The notes under the pieces were generated by a model, which was not told the DNA's origin, ran no database searches, and worked only from the letters and a program-made list of their open reading frames with translations. 38,390 nucleotides of DNA from a virus (taxonomy: Duplodnaviria > Caudoviricetes): the IMG/VR virus record IMGVR_UViG_3300022895_000008, positions 1 through 38,390 of that record, one strand, 5' to 3'. Position numbers and translations under genes: made by a program. Shown here in pieces: positions 25,338-33,951 of the stretch (its first letter is position 1; each line of letters opens with the position of its first letter).

Positions 25338-25763
25338 GTGGAAAATAGATTGGCGTTAATAACAGGTTTTTTCGGATCGTTGGTCGCTTACATGTTTGAC
25401 CTGGTGGGCGTAGCAGTAACCATTTTAATTTTTTTCATGACTTTAGACTATATAACCGGCTTAATTGCGGCGGCAGTACAAAGGCAGTTAAATAGCCGGA
25501 TCGGTTTAGAGGGCTTTGCAAGAAAGCTATACATTTTAATTCTCATTAGTGCCGTATATGCACTTGAATTTATGGGATCGCATTATGCGGATTTCGAAAT
25601 CATGGGCGGGCATATCGGGGATGGTGTCGCTTTTGCTTATGTAGCAATCGAGTTTATTTCTATCACTGAAAACGGCGTAAAAATGAATGCGCCGATCCCC
25701 GGCATTTTAAAACAATTACTAAAAATCGTAAAAGAAAAAACAGGAATCGAGGACGAAAAATAA
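25338..25763 (+). CDS. Holin (Phage_holin_4_1-like)
   Basis: LDYITGLIAA...LNSRIGLEGFARK...EFISITEN...PIP; three hydrophobic segments. Confidence 0.93.
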   Translation: MENRLALITGFFGSLVAYMFDLVGVAVTILIFFMTLDYITGLIAAAVQRQLNSRIGLEGFARKLYILILISAVYALEFMGSHYADFEIMGGHIGDGVAFAYVAIEFISITENGVKMNAPIPGILKQLLKIVKEKTGIEDEK

Positions 25764-26521
25764 TGACTAAAGCAATTACTATTTCAAGTGGACACGCAAA
25801 ATTTGTTAGTGGGGCACGTTCAATTGTGGACGAGGTAGAGCAAGCAAGAAAGATTACGGATGCAATCGCAAAAGCGTTACAAGGCACTATGCAAGTAAAT
25901 GTATTCCACGACAACACATCGAAAACACAAACTGAAAACATTAATACCATTGTGAAATACCACAATTCAACACAACGTACTGCCGACTATTCAATTCATC
26001 TTAATTCTGCCGCAGGTGTTACGCCAGAAGATAAAGGCATCGAAGTTTTATGTTATTCAGATAAAGAAAGACCGCACGCGCAGCAGTTAGCCGACGCAAT
26101 TAGTAAAGCAACCGGGTTAAAAAATCGCGGTGTTAAACTTCGCCCGGAATTAGGGTTTTTACGCGGTACGAATAAAGAAGCCTATCTTATCGAATCTTAT
26201 TTTGTAAATTCACAAGCCGACGTTAAAAAAATGGACGAGGTTTCCGAAATTGAAACATTTGCAAATGCGGTAGCCGATGCAATCGCGACTTATAACGGTC
26301 TGACGTTACGCCAGAAGCCGCAAACAACGAAACCGGAGGAAAAACCAATGACACAAGGAAACACGCTTACAACGACGGCAAAAGCCGATTTAAAGGCACT
26401 ATTAAAAGAAATGCACGCAGAACAAATTTTCACGACGGATCACAGTGCAAGAATTGAAACAATGACGGACGGCGAAGCACTAGGACTATTAATTTCAGTT
26501 GTCCAAAGAACAAGAAAATAA
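25763..26521 (+). CDS. Endolysin, N-acetylmuramoyl-L-alanine amidase (Amidase_3)
   Basis: GH..., SIHLNS, NRGVK, LIESYFVN zinc-amidase motifs. Confidence 0.93.
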   Translation: MTKAITISSGHAKFVSGARSIVDEVEQARKITDAIAKALQGTMQVNVFHDNTSKTQTENINTIVKYHNSTQRTADYSIHLNSAAGVTPEDKGIEVLCYSDKERPHAQQLADAISKATGLKNRGVKLRPELGFLRGTNKEAYLIESYFVNSQADVKKMDEVSEIETFANAVADAIATYNGLTLRQKPQTTKPEEKPMTQGNTLTTTAKADLKALLKEMHAEQIFTTDHSARIETMTDGEALGLLISVVQRTRK

Positions 26522-26560
26522 AAAAAGAAACCGGGGATTAATTTCCCCGGCTTTTTTTAT
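26521..26560. terminator. Bidirectional terminator between endolysin and rep
   Basis: A run-CCGGGGA-loop-TCCCCGG-T run. Confidence 0.85.
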
Positions 26561-26573
26561 TTGTTTCCAATTC

Positions 26574-27887
26574 CTAGTTTGCCGTTTTCCCTAGCATTGC
26601 AAGGATTTTAGCGCGTTCGGCTTCGAAATCAATTTCGCCAGTTGTAACAGGTGTTTCAACAGGTGTTTTTGCGGCTTGTTCTTCTTTTTGCTTATAAAAC
26701 CAATCTGGCACTATTTCTTTATTTTTCCCTTGTGGTATTGCCTTCGATTTTGCGCCGTCGATTAAATCATTAAAATTAAAATCTTTTTCCACAGTGAAAC
26801 GCATTACAGCCTTTTCCACTTCTTTTATTGCAAAGCCTGCACCTAAATTGCCACTTTCCTCTATGTATGCCGCAAGTCTATTTAATTCCTTAATTACATG
26901 ATCCTTAATAGATTCGATATTTTCAATACCCATTAAACGTTTAGCAATGTTTGTATAGGCTTCTTTATTAAAATTAAGATGCGAAATAGATTGAGCAATT
27001 TCATCATAAATCGTTTCTGGCGTTTTTAGTGGTTCGGGCACTTTTGGTGTTTTTGGTTCGGCTTTTGGTTGTTCTGGTTTCTTTGTTATTTCCACTTTTT
27101 TATTTGTTTTTTCAATGTGGAATGTAACAGAAGTAACTTTTTGCCCTTCGATTATTTCGTCATATGAGATATTAAGATCTGTATATTGGTTGATTTCTTC
27201 TATCGCAGGCTCCAAAGCGCGTTGTCTTAATTGGTGGAATAAACCTAATTTATAAACACGTTTACCGTCTTTTTCGGTAAATCCGACGCCTAAAATTTTA
27301 CGAATTTCATCTAATTCCATTGTTTTATTTCCTACTTTTGCCCATTGTTGAAGCAAGAAATATAAACGTGCTGAATACTTAGATTTAAATCCAGTAATTT
27401 CGCCTAGAGAGACCGAAGCAAAATTTTCTGTTAAATTTGCCACATATGGCAATAGTCGAGGGTGCAACTCAATTAAAACCGTCCCAGTGCCTTTCATATA
27501 GCGCGTATATGTTACCCAGTGAAGTTGTTCGATGTCATCACTATCAACATCTTGAACAGTTATAACTTTTTCCATTAAGCTACCACTTACTTTTGATAGT
27601 TTTTTATAATCAACATCTTTCCATCCTAGCAAATTAGCAAATTCTTTTACTGACATCTTGAATTTAGGTAGTTCTGTTACTATATTAGTGATTATTTTCT
27701 TTCCCTTTTCATCTAATACAAATTGTCCTTTTTCCTTCAAGAAAATAGGTGCAGGAATATTACTTATTGCCGTATATAAAACTCTTTGCTCTATTAATGT
27801 TAGCGATTTAGAAAAATCGGCTTCTATTAAACTTTTATGTAAAGTAACACGATACGTTGCATTCATTTCTAGTTTGTTGTAATCCAT
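26574..27887 (-). CDS. Plasmid replication initiator, Rep_3 (RepB) family
   Basis: LTLIEQRVL, FKSKYSARLY, LDEIRKILG, LEPAIEEINQYTDL; GAGG RBS before MDYNK. Confidence 0.93.
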   Translation of the reverse strand: MDYNKLEMNATYRVTLHKSLIEADFSKSLTLIEQRVLYTAISNIPAPIFLKEKGQFVLDEKGKKIITNIVTELPKFKMSVKEFANLLGWKDVDYKKLSKVSGSLMEKVITVQDVDSDDIEQLHWVTYTRYMKGTGTVLIELHPRLLPYVANLTENFASVSLGEITGFKSKYSARLYFLLQQWAKVGNKTMELDEIRKILGVGFTEKDGKRVYKLGLFHQLRQRALEPAIEEINQYTDLNISYDEIIEGQKVTSVTFHIEKTNKKVEITKKPEQPKAEPKTPKVPEPLKTPETIYDEIAQSISHLNFNKEAYTNIAKRLMGIENIESIKDHVIKELNRLAAYIEESGNLGAGFAIKEVEKAVMRFTVEKDFNFNDLIDGAKSKAIPQGKNKEIVPDWFYKQKEEQAAKTPVETPVTTGEIDFEAERAKILAMLGKTAN

Positions 27888-27946
27888 AACACAAAACCTC
27901 AATTTCTTATGTCGTTCTGATTTTATCTTAAAACATAAATTTTCCA

Positions 27947-27955
27947 TTGTCCACA
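27947..27955 (+). promoter_or_regulatory. DnaA-box-like site
   Basis: TTGTCCACA, one mismatch to TTATCCACA, next to iterons. Confidence 0.5.
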
Positions 27956-27990
27956 CAATATTTTATTTTTGTGTGCGATAGACGTTTTTC

Positions 27991-28138
27991 AACGGGTTTT
28001 TTGTGTGGGCTAACGGGTTTTTTGTGTGGGCTAGACGGGTTTTTTGTGTGGGCTAACGGGTTTTTTGTGTGAGCTAACGGGTTTTTTGTGTGGGCTAACG
28101 GGTTTTTTGTGTGAGCTAACGGGTTTTTTGTGTGAGCT
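27991..28138. repeat. Seven tandem 21-22 bp iterons (plasmid origin)
   Basis: AACGGGTTTTTTGTGTG(G/A)GCT x7 with no spacers, upstream of rep, followed by an A-rich tract. Confidence 0.92.
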
Positions 28139-28267
28139 AGACATCACAAAGCCTTATGTATCAACGGTTCGAAAGCTCCGATAACAAGATATAACAAGTA
28201 AAACAAATAATTAATAACAAACAAAACAGAAACAAAAAAATACTGTTTTGTTGTTGCTTCTAATACT

Positions 28268-28377
28268 TTGCATTTCAAATGCAAATATACAAAAACAAAC
28301 ACATGGATTAGAAAGATGTGTTTTTATGCACTAACAGTGCAATTTCAATTTAATTAAATATTGCACTTTAAATGCAA
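28268..28377. promoter_or_regulatory. Cluster of three TTGCA-N7-TGCAA operators
   Basis: 28268-28284, 28326-28342 (one mismatch), 28361-28377. Confidence 0.65.
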
Positions 28378-28532
28378 CCACAGAAAGCCCGTATAAGCGT
28401 TCTAGATACATTCATAATGAAATACTAAACTTTCATATTAAAACCTCTTAGAAACGATTCTGAACAGTTTCAGACATATCTAATAACCTACATTACAAGA
28501 ATCTATTTTCTTCTACTAATAGCTAATTGTTT

Positions 28533-28603
28533 TAGACGGTTTTTTTGTGTCTAAATTAGTCTATCAGCACAAAAAACCGGTCTATCAACACAAAAAACCG
28601 GTC
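28533..28603. repeat. Secondary iteron-like sites, one direct and two inverted
   Basis: TAGACGGTTTTTTTTGTGT; CACAAAAAACCGGTC x2. Confidence 0.75.
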
Positions 28604-28722
28604 AAATTATTAAATTATATTTTGCAAAGGTAAACCATTCCACAATGTAGAATTAGAAATAATGAATGCCAAAGCGAACGTTTCAACTTTCATACAAAAT
28701 AGTAAAAGGTGGGTATGTGTAA

Positions 28723-29238
28723 ATGAAGATTGGTGAAATTCTTGAATTATCTCAAAAACAACGTATGAGCGATATTGCGAAAGAATATTTGAACATAGGT
28801 GAGAAGCCAGCCAGAGAAGCACTAAAAAATGCCGGTTGCTATTCCATTAGTGGGAAAAAAGGTTGGCATTTTGACGGATCGCCAGAAGTATTAGAAAAGA
28901 GTATTTATGAATTTGCAACGGTTAAAGGTAGAGCAAAAGCAAAGGCGAACGTAACAACTAATGAACAAAAGAATTTAAAAATTAATGAACATATAAACGA
29001 AAATACAGATATGCCAAAGAACGAAATAGCAGCTACAGAAGAAAATAACAATACAAGTAATGAACAAATAAATAAACCAACGATAGAAACAAACAACGTT
29101 GGTGCAGAGGAAAGAAAACGAGCGTCTTTCGATCTTCGCCCGGCATTAGTTAAGCAGTTAAAAATTAAAGCAGTTACAGAAGATCGTAATTTATATGAAT
29201 TAGTAGAGGAAGCAATAGAGGAATACTTAAATAAATAA
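28723..29238 (+). CDS. DNA-binding protein with N-terminal HTH-like and C-terminal ribbon-helix-helix domains
   Basis: RMSDIAKEYLNIGEKPAREAL; KRASFDLRPALVKQLKIKAVTEDRNLYELVEEAIEEYL. Confidence 0.8.
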   Translation: MKIGEILELSQKQRMSDIAKEYLNIGEKPAREALKNAGCYSISGKKGWHFDGSPEVLEKSIYEFATVKGRAKAKANVTTNEQKNLKINEHINENTDMPKNEIAATEENNNTSNEQINKPTIETNNVGAEERKRASFDLRPALVKQLKIKAVTEDRNLYELVEEAIEEYLNK

Positions 29239-29248
29239 GGGGAAAAAC

Positions 29249-29480
29249 ACCGGTACTTAGTAAATATATTTATTGAATACCGGTGTTTTTATGTGTAAAT
29301 TCACCGGTAACTTTTGATATTACAGTTAATTCACCGGTGTTTTATCCGGTATATATAATAAAGAAACAAATAAACACCGGTATTATTACATGTATAAACA
29401 CCGGTATTTATTTTAAAAAAGTGTTGACTACCGGTGAGACTACCGGTATACTATGAATATAGCCCGGTAAAAACACCGGT
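29249..29480. repeat. parC-like centromere overlapping the parMR promoter
   Basis: 11 CCGGT cores (9 perfect ACCGGT); TTGACT(29424)-17 bp-TATACT(29447). Confidence 0.85.
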
Positions 29481-29509
29481 AATACTCAATTTAAAGGGGA
29501 TCATACATT

Positions 29510-30574
29510 ATGTTATTCGCACTAGATTTAGGAAACAAACAAGCAAAATTAAAATCTGCAAAATTGGAAATCGTGCTGCCGTCACGTTTCGTAATTGCTG
29601 ATAAAAACGAAGGTGCAAATTTATTAAGTTATGCCATTCAAAAAAGTACAAACAAAAAATATAAATCAAGTAAAAGTGACAAGGTTTACGAGTGGGGCGA
29701 AGATTTAAAAGAGGGATCAACAGAGAAAAGAATCGTTGATACAATGGGATTCGGCACAAGCCGGTATAAATCAAATAACTTTGCATTGTTGGTAGATTTC
29801 GGACTTGCTGAATTGGCGAAAGATTATGCAGGATCAAAAAAAGGATTTTTAGAAGTGGACGTTGAAACAGGTATTCCCACAGAGGACTACTTCAATATGG
29901 AAGCAAGACAAGCATTAGAGGACGTAATAAAAGGCGATCACCACGTTTACATAGATGAAAGCCCGGTAAACATTCGAGTGAATAATGTAAACATATCACC
30001 ACAACCATTAGGAACAATTGCGAATGAAATTATTGATTATAAGGGCAATCTTAGAGAGAATCCACTTTCGACGGCGAATATTGGCGTTGTGGACATCGGC
30101 GGCGGTACTTTCATAGCAGACGCATATATAAATTTGGAACTACAAGAATTAAGAAAAGTACAGTTGCCAAAAGGCGCGTATAAATTGTATCTGAATATAA
30201 AAAATGCACTTGCAAAAGAAAAATCATTATATCCTAGCGAACATGAAATCGAAAAAATCTTGCTAATTGGTAGTGAATCGGGTGAATATAGCTATTCGCC
30301 AGACGGAAAACAAATAATCGACATTACAAAAATTGTGATGGAAGAAAGAACGGATTTTACAACGGAGATCATTGGCGAAATTATTAGCGCTTATCGTGGT
30401 TTCGGACGTATGCAATTAATTTTCGTTACTGGTGGCGGCGCAAATCTGCTTATTAAGGACATGTTAGAAAAAGAATTAGGTATAGTTTATTTCGTTGAAA
30501 ATAGCCAGACGGCGAACGTTCGCGGCTTTTATAAACAAGGCTTAGTAACTTCAAAACAAGCTAAAGGAGAATAA
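29510..30574 (+). CDS. parM: Actin-like partition ATPase (ParM/StbA family)
   Basis: ALDLGNKQAK, TGIP, PQPLG, VVDIGGGT, VTGGGA, ANVRGF. Confidence 0.93.
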   Translation: MLFALDLGNKQAKLKSAKLEIVLPSRFVIADKNEGANLLSYAIQKSTNKKYKSSKSDKVYEWGEDLKEGSTEKRIVDTMGFGTSRYKSNNFALLVDFGLAELAKDYAGSKKGFLEVDVETGIPTEDYFNMEARQALEDVIKGDHHVYIDESPVNIRVNNVNISPQPLGTIANEIIDYKGNLRENPLSTANIGVVDIGGGTFIADAYINLELQELRKVQLPKGAYKLYLNIKNALAKEKSLYPSEHEIEKILLIGSESGEYSYSPDGKQIIDITKIVMEERTDFTTEIIGEIISAYRGFGRMQLIFVTGGGANLLIKDMLEKELGIVYFVENSQTANVRGFYKQGLVTSKQAKGE

Positions 30575-30579
30575 ATAAA

Positions 30580-30864
30580 ATGACGAATAAACCTCTTAGA
30601 ATCGAATTGACATTCGGAAAAAATGACGAGGATATTTATAACTGGATTTCAGAAAAGGATATAGCAAATGCAACTTTTGTAAAACGATTATTGCGCGAAA
30701 GAATGAACGAGGAAAACGGATTAATCGTTGCACGTCCGGTTGTGGAAAGTAAACCGGTAGTAGTTGAGCAGGAGATCGAGCCAGAAATCGAGCAGGAAAA
30801 AGAAAAGCCTGCTTTCGCTTTCATGGAAAAGATGCAAGGAAACGACGGCGGTAGAGAATTTTAA
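30580..30864 (+). CDS. parR: ParR-like centromere-binding adaptor
   Basis: N-terminal RHH-like LRIELTFGKNDEDIYNWI...FVKRLLRERM with acidic tail; follows parM. Confidence 0.75.
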   Translation: MTNKPLRIELTFGKNDEDIYNWISEKDIANATFVKRLLRERMNEENGLIVARPVVESKPVVVEQEIEPEIEQEKEKPAFAFMEKMQGNDGGREF

Positions 30865-31286
30865 TGAACGATAAAAGATACGATCCAATAGAAGTCGGTT
30901 CACGTATTAGAAAAATACGTCAATGCTTAGGTTGGAGCATGGAAAAATTCGCATCTGAAATTGATGATAAAGCCAAAAGTGGTACGGTGAGTAATTGGGA
31001 GACTGGCAAAAACCTACCGAACAATGAGCGTCTGAAAAGGATTGCGGAAATCGGGAAAATAACACTTGAAGATCTTTTAAGTGGGAACGTTCCACAGGTT
31101 GAAACCTTAAAACATTGGTCTTTTACAATGGACTATGAAACTGATGAAATTGTTATTAATACCTTTCTAAACGAACAAAAAATTCAATTACGAGCATGTG
31201 AAAAAGATATTAAAAGTATGGCTAGTTGGTTTGATTTAGCTAGACATATGAAAGAGAACAACAAAAAAACCCACTCAAATAAATGA
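30864..31286 (+). CDS. XRE-family HTH protein
   Basis: GSRIRKIR...SMEKFA...TVSNWETGKNLPN. Confidence 0.88.
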   Translation: MNDKRYDPIEVGSRIRKIRQCLGWSMEKFASEIDDKAKSGTVSNWETGKNLPNNERLKRIAEIGKITLEDLLSGNVPQVETLKHWSFTMDYETDEIVINTFLNEQKIQLRACEKDIKSMASWFDLARHMKENNKKTHSNK

Positions 31287-31295
31287 GTGGGTTTT
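31266..31295. terminator. Terminator hairpin
   Basis: AAAACCCACTCA-loop-TGAGTGGGTTTT. Confidence 0.75.
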
Positions 31296-31419
31296 CACTT
31301 AATTAAAACCTGCCGAGTAGAAATTAAGTTTAGACTATTTATATAACATATAAAATGTTATTCGCAGTAAATAGTCTACGTTATATCTTTCATTAATTCA
31401 AGAGAGAGAAGGAAAATTA

Positions 31420-31713
31420 ATGGAGCAAATGACATTAGATTTATTTATTGAGCAATCAACATATGAAGAAGTGAAAGAAAACGATGAAATTCAAGTAGGT
31501 GATTCGGTACGCCTTATAACGGATCATTTGAATGAAGAAGGAATAAATTACTATAAATATTATCATCCAGAAGCCCTAACAATGGCAGGGGTGGTTGTGG
31601 AAATATTTACATCATCTGCAAACAACTATACTAAAATACTGTACAAAAATGGAGAAACTGTATTAATAGAAGTAAAAAACATGAAAAAAGAGGTACTAGC
31701 TAAATATAGCTAA
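31420..31713 (+). CDS. Hypothetical protein (possible SH3/KOW-like fold)
   Basis: MEQMTLDLF...IQVGDSVRL...GVVVEI; AAGGA RBS. Confidence 0.7.
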   Translation: MEQMTLDLFIEQSTYEEVKENDEIQVGDSVRLITDHLNEEGINYYKYYHPEALTMAGVVVEIFTSSANNYTKILYKNGETVLIEVKNMKKEVLAKYS

Positions 31714-31740
31714 TTCCTCTTTTTTTATTACTTATAGGAT

Positions 31741-31754
31741 GGAACTTATGTTCT
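31741..31754. promoter_or_regulatory. LexA (Cheo) box
   Basis: GGAAC-TTAT-GTTCT fits GAAC-N4-GTTC; weaker copy GGAAC-AAAT-GTTTA at 31878-31891. Confidence 0.6.
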
Positions 31755-31952
31755 ATTTTGTTCGAAAATCAGTATTTTTGACATAAAATATGGTTTAATA
31801 GGATACAATTATTATTAATTAACATATCAACCTGTAGTATAGTGGATATAAAGTATAATTTTATACCCATTAAAAACGGAACAAATGTTTAATTATTGAA
31901 AAACTAAAAGGTTTTAAAGTTATTCGCATTTTATAGTAAAGGTAGCGATGTT

Positions 31953-32033
31953 ATGGCAATTATGACACAGGAAGAAATAATGGAAATTTTGTTAAAACTA
32001 GTTGAAAATCTTAGTAAAGGGAATAATCCGTAA
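31953..32033 (+). CDS. 26-aa amphipathic peptide, candidate antirepressor
   Basis: MAIMTQEEIMEILLKLVENLSKGNNP; AAAGGT RBS; downstream of LexA boxes. Confidence 0.45.
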   Translation: MAIMTQEEIMEILLKLVENLSKGNNP

Positions 32034-32127
32034 CGATCTTTTTTTATTATTTAACTTTATTAAGTCTGTTGAAGTATGAAATTTAATCGAAATATTATTT
32101 TGTTACTTTTAATAGATTTTTTAAAAT

Positions 32128-32559
32128 TTACCCATTTATCTTTTCGTAGTATTCGACTACAAACTGTATATTACCTAAAAAGTTTTCCCTTTCTTGTTCG
32201 CTTAGAGAAAGGGTTTTTTCCATTAATTTTTTAAAAAAATATAAATCTTTTGCATCTAAGTCTGGCGTTTCTTTTCTTATGTCCTGTATTAAATCTATGA
32301 ATGGTTCTAGTTCTATGTCAAAGGGTGGGAAAAGATCATCTGCTTTAATATCAAATATTTTAGCTATCGAAAATATTGTATTTGCATCGAAAGAATTTAC
32401 ACCACGTTCTATTGCTGAAATTGAATTATGTTTTAATCCTAGTAAATCTCCTAATTCACCTTGAGTCATTTTCTTTTTAATTCTATATTCCCTTATTTTT
32501 GCACCAATATATTTTTGTAATTCTGCTTTTTGTAAATCTGTTTTATCTGTCATATCCAA
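32128..32559 (-). CDS. CI-like immunity repressor (XRE HTH, no peptidase domain)
   Basis: IGAKIREYR...MTQGELG...ISAIERG; divergent from cro; GGAGGT RBS before TTG. Confidence 0.88.
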   Translation of the reverse strand: MDMTDKTDLQKAELQKYIGAKIREYRIKKKMTQGELGDLLGLKHNSISAIERGVNSFDANTIFSIAKIFDIKADDLFPPFDIELEPFIDLIQDIRKETPDLDAKDLYFFKKLMEKTLSLSEQERENFLGNIQFVVEYYEKING

Positions 32560-32699
32560 GATAAAAACCTCCTTTTTCATTAATAATGAAGTTATTTGCG
32601 TTAAAATGCAATAGTTATAGATAAAAAAGTCATAATATTACTTTATAGTGCAAATTTGCTAAAAATCTACTTAAAAATGCATTTTCAGTAGAAAAAGTG

Positions 32700-32728
32700 T
32701 TGAAATTGCATTTTCTATGCAATATAGT
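32700..32728 (+). promoter_or_regulatory. Lytic (cro) promoter with operator filling the spacer
   Basis: TTGAAA-[TTGCATTTTCTATGCAA]-TATAGT. Confidence 0.85.
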
Positions 32729-32758
32729 TAATAGCATAACGAAAGGAGTGTCAAAAAA

Positions 32759-32992
32759 ATGCAATGGGAAATTATTAAATTACGTAAAGAATTAAACCTT
32801 ACACAAGAGGATATGGCGAATTTATTAGATATTAGTACAGGCGCATATTCTCGTAAAGAAACAGGTAAATGCGCTTTTAAGGATATTGAAATGTTTAAAT
32901 TACGCAACCTTTTCAAAAAGCCGATTGATGAAATTTTTTTACCTACGTATTGCACTGAAAATGCAAAAATGATTTTGGCGGTGGCAGAATGA
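32759..32992 (+). CDS. Cro-like HTH regulator
   Basis: LRKELNLTQEDMANLLDISTGAYSRKETGK...IDEIF; AAGGAG RBS. Confidence 0.9.
   Translation: MQWEIIKLRKELNLTQEDMANLLDISTGAYSRKETGKCAFKDIEMFKLRNLFKKPIDEIFLPTYCTENAKMILAVAE
32950..32966. promoter_or_regulatory. Operator inside the 3' end of cro
   Basis: TTGCACTGAAAATGCAA. Confidence 0.7.
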
Positions 32993-33381
32993 ACAACATG
33001 AAACCTTTCTTAATTGTAGACGGCGTTAAACGTCCGGTTAGCGGAATTAGTTACGACGACAACGGCAACATTCGAACGATCCAGATTGTGGACGGCTACA
33101 AAATTGTAAGTTATTACGACATTGCTTCAAATGTAGAAGGCGCGAAAGAAATTGATTTCGCTACCTGCTATATAGAAGAACAAGGCGAAGTAAAAGAAAA
33201 ATTAAACGAATTAATTGTTTCAGAAAATGAAGAATTAGACGAAATGGCACATACAGCAATTCCGCCGGTTGGCGCTGAATACACAGAGCATTCACTAGTT
33301 ACAACATGGTGGGATTACTATTTGAAGAAATCCTATATTGACGGTTTAAAAGATGCGTCAGTAATTTTAGAGGGCAAATAA
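32989..33381 (+). CDS. Hypothetical protein
   Basis: ATGA overlap with cro stop; ORF track. Confidence 0.75.
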   Translation: MNNMKPFLIVDGVKRPVSGISYDDNGNIRTIQIVDGYKIVSYYDIASNVEGAKEIDFATCYIEEQGEVKEKLNELIVSENEELDEMAHTAIPPVGAEYTEHSLVTTWWDYYLKKSYIDGLKDASVILEGK

Positions 33382-33464
33382 AAATTCTTTAGAGGTAGGG
33401 AAAAATTTAATGATGAAAAAAATCTGGTTACATAATGAAAATTTAAAAATAAGGATGGTTGCAC

Positions 33465-33938
33465 ATGGCGAGTTTATACGAGTTGAAAAACTGGCGCGCG
33501 TTGATCCTGGAGCAAATCGAGGACGGCGACGAAGGGCTAGAGGAAATTTTAAAAACGGTTGATTGCGCGATAGAAGAAAAGCTAGAAGGTTATGCAATGG
33601 TTATGCGAAACCTAGAAGCTGACGCGGCGGCATACGAAACCGAAGAAAAACGTTTCAAGGAAAAGAAACAAAAAGCAAAAAAAGGCATTGAACGAATGAA
33701 ACAAGCTATTCACGATGCAATGAACGAAAGTGGAAAAGATGAAGTAAAAACAAAGTTGTTTACTTTTAAACTTCGAAACAACGCACCGGCGGTACATATC
33801 ACCGATGAAAATTTAATTCCAGACGAATATTTCAAGGTAGAGCGTACAGTCAAAAAAACTGATTTAGCAAAAACATTAAAAGAAAAGCCAGTACCGGGCG
33901 CAGAATTGCGCGCTAGTCGCTCGCTACAAATTAAGTAG
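33465..33938 (+). CDS. Siphovirus Gp157-family protein
   Basis: MASLYEL...IEEKLEGY...DENLIPDEY...VPGAEL...SLQIK. Confidence 0.92.
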   Translation: MASLYELKNWRALILEQIEDGDEGLEEILKTVDCAIEEKLEGYAMVMRNLEADAAAYETEEKRFKEKKQKAKKGIERMKQAIHDAMNESGKDEVKTKLFTFKLRNNAPAVHITDENLIPDEYFKVERTVKKTDLAKTLKEKPVPGAELRASRSLQIK

Positions 33939-33951
33939 GGGGCGCGCTGAT

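Noticed and set aside
27991-28138. CRISPR array
   Set aside because: Repeats are contiguous with no unique spacers, no cas genes are present, and they sit next to a Rep_3 gene, so they are iterons
33392-33562. ORF from ATG 33410 overlapping gp157, and its GAGGTAGG RBS as target of CCTACCTC at 3701
   Set aside because: The ORF mostly overlaps gp157 out of frame, and the complementarity is only 8 nt
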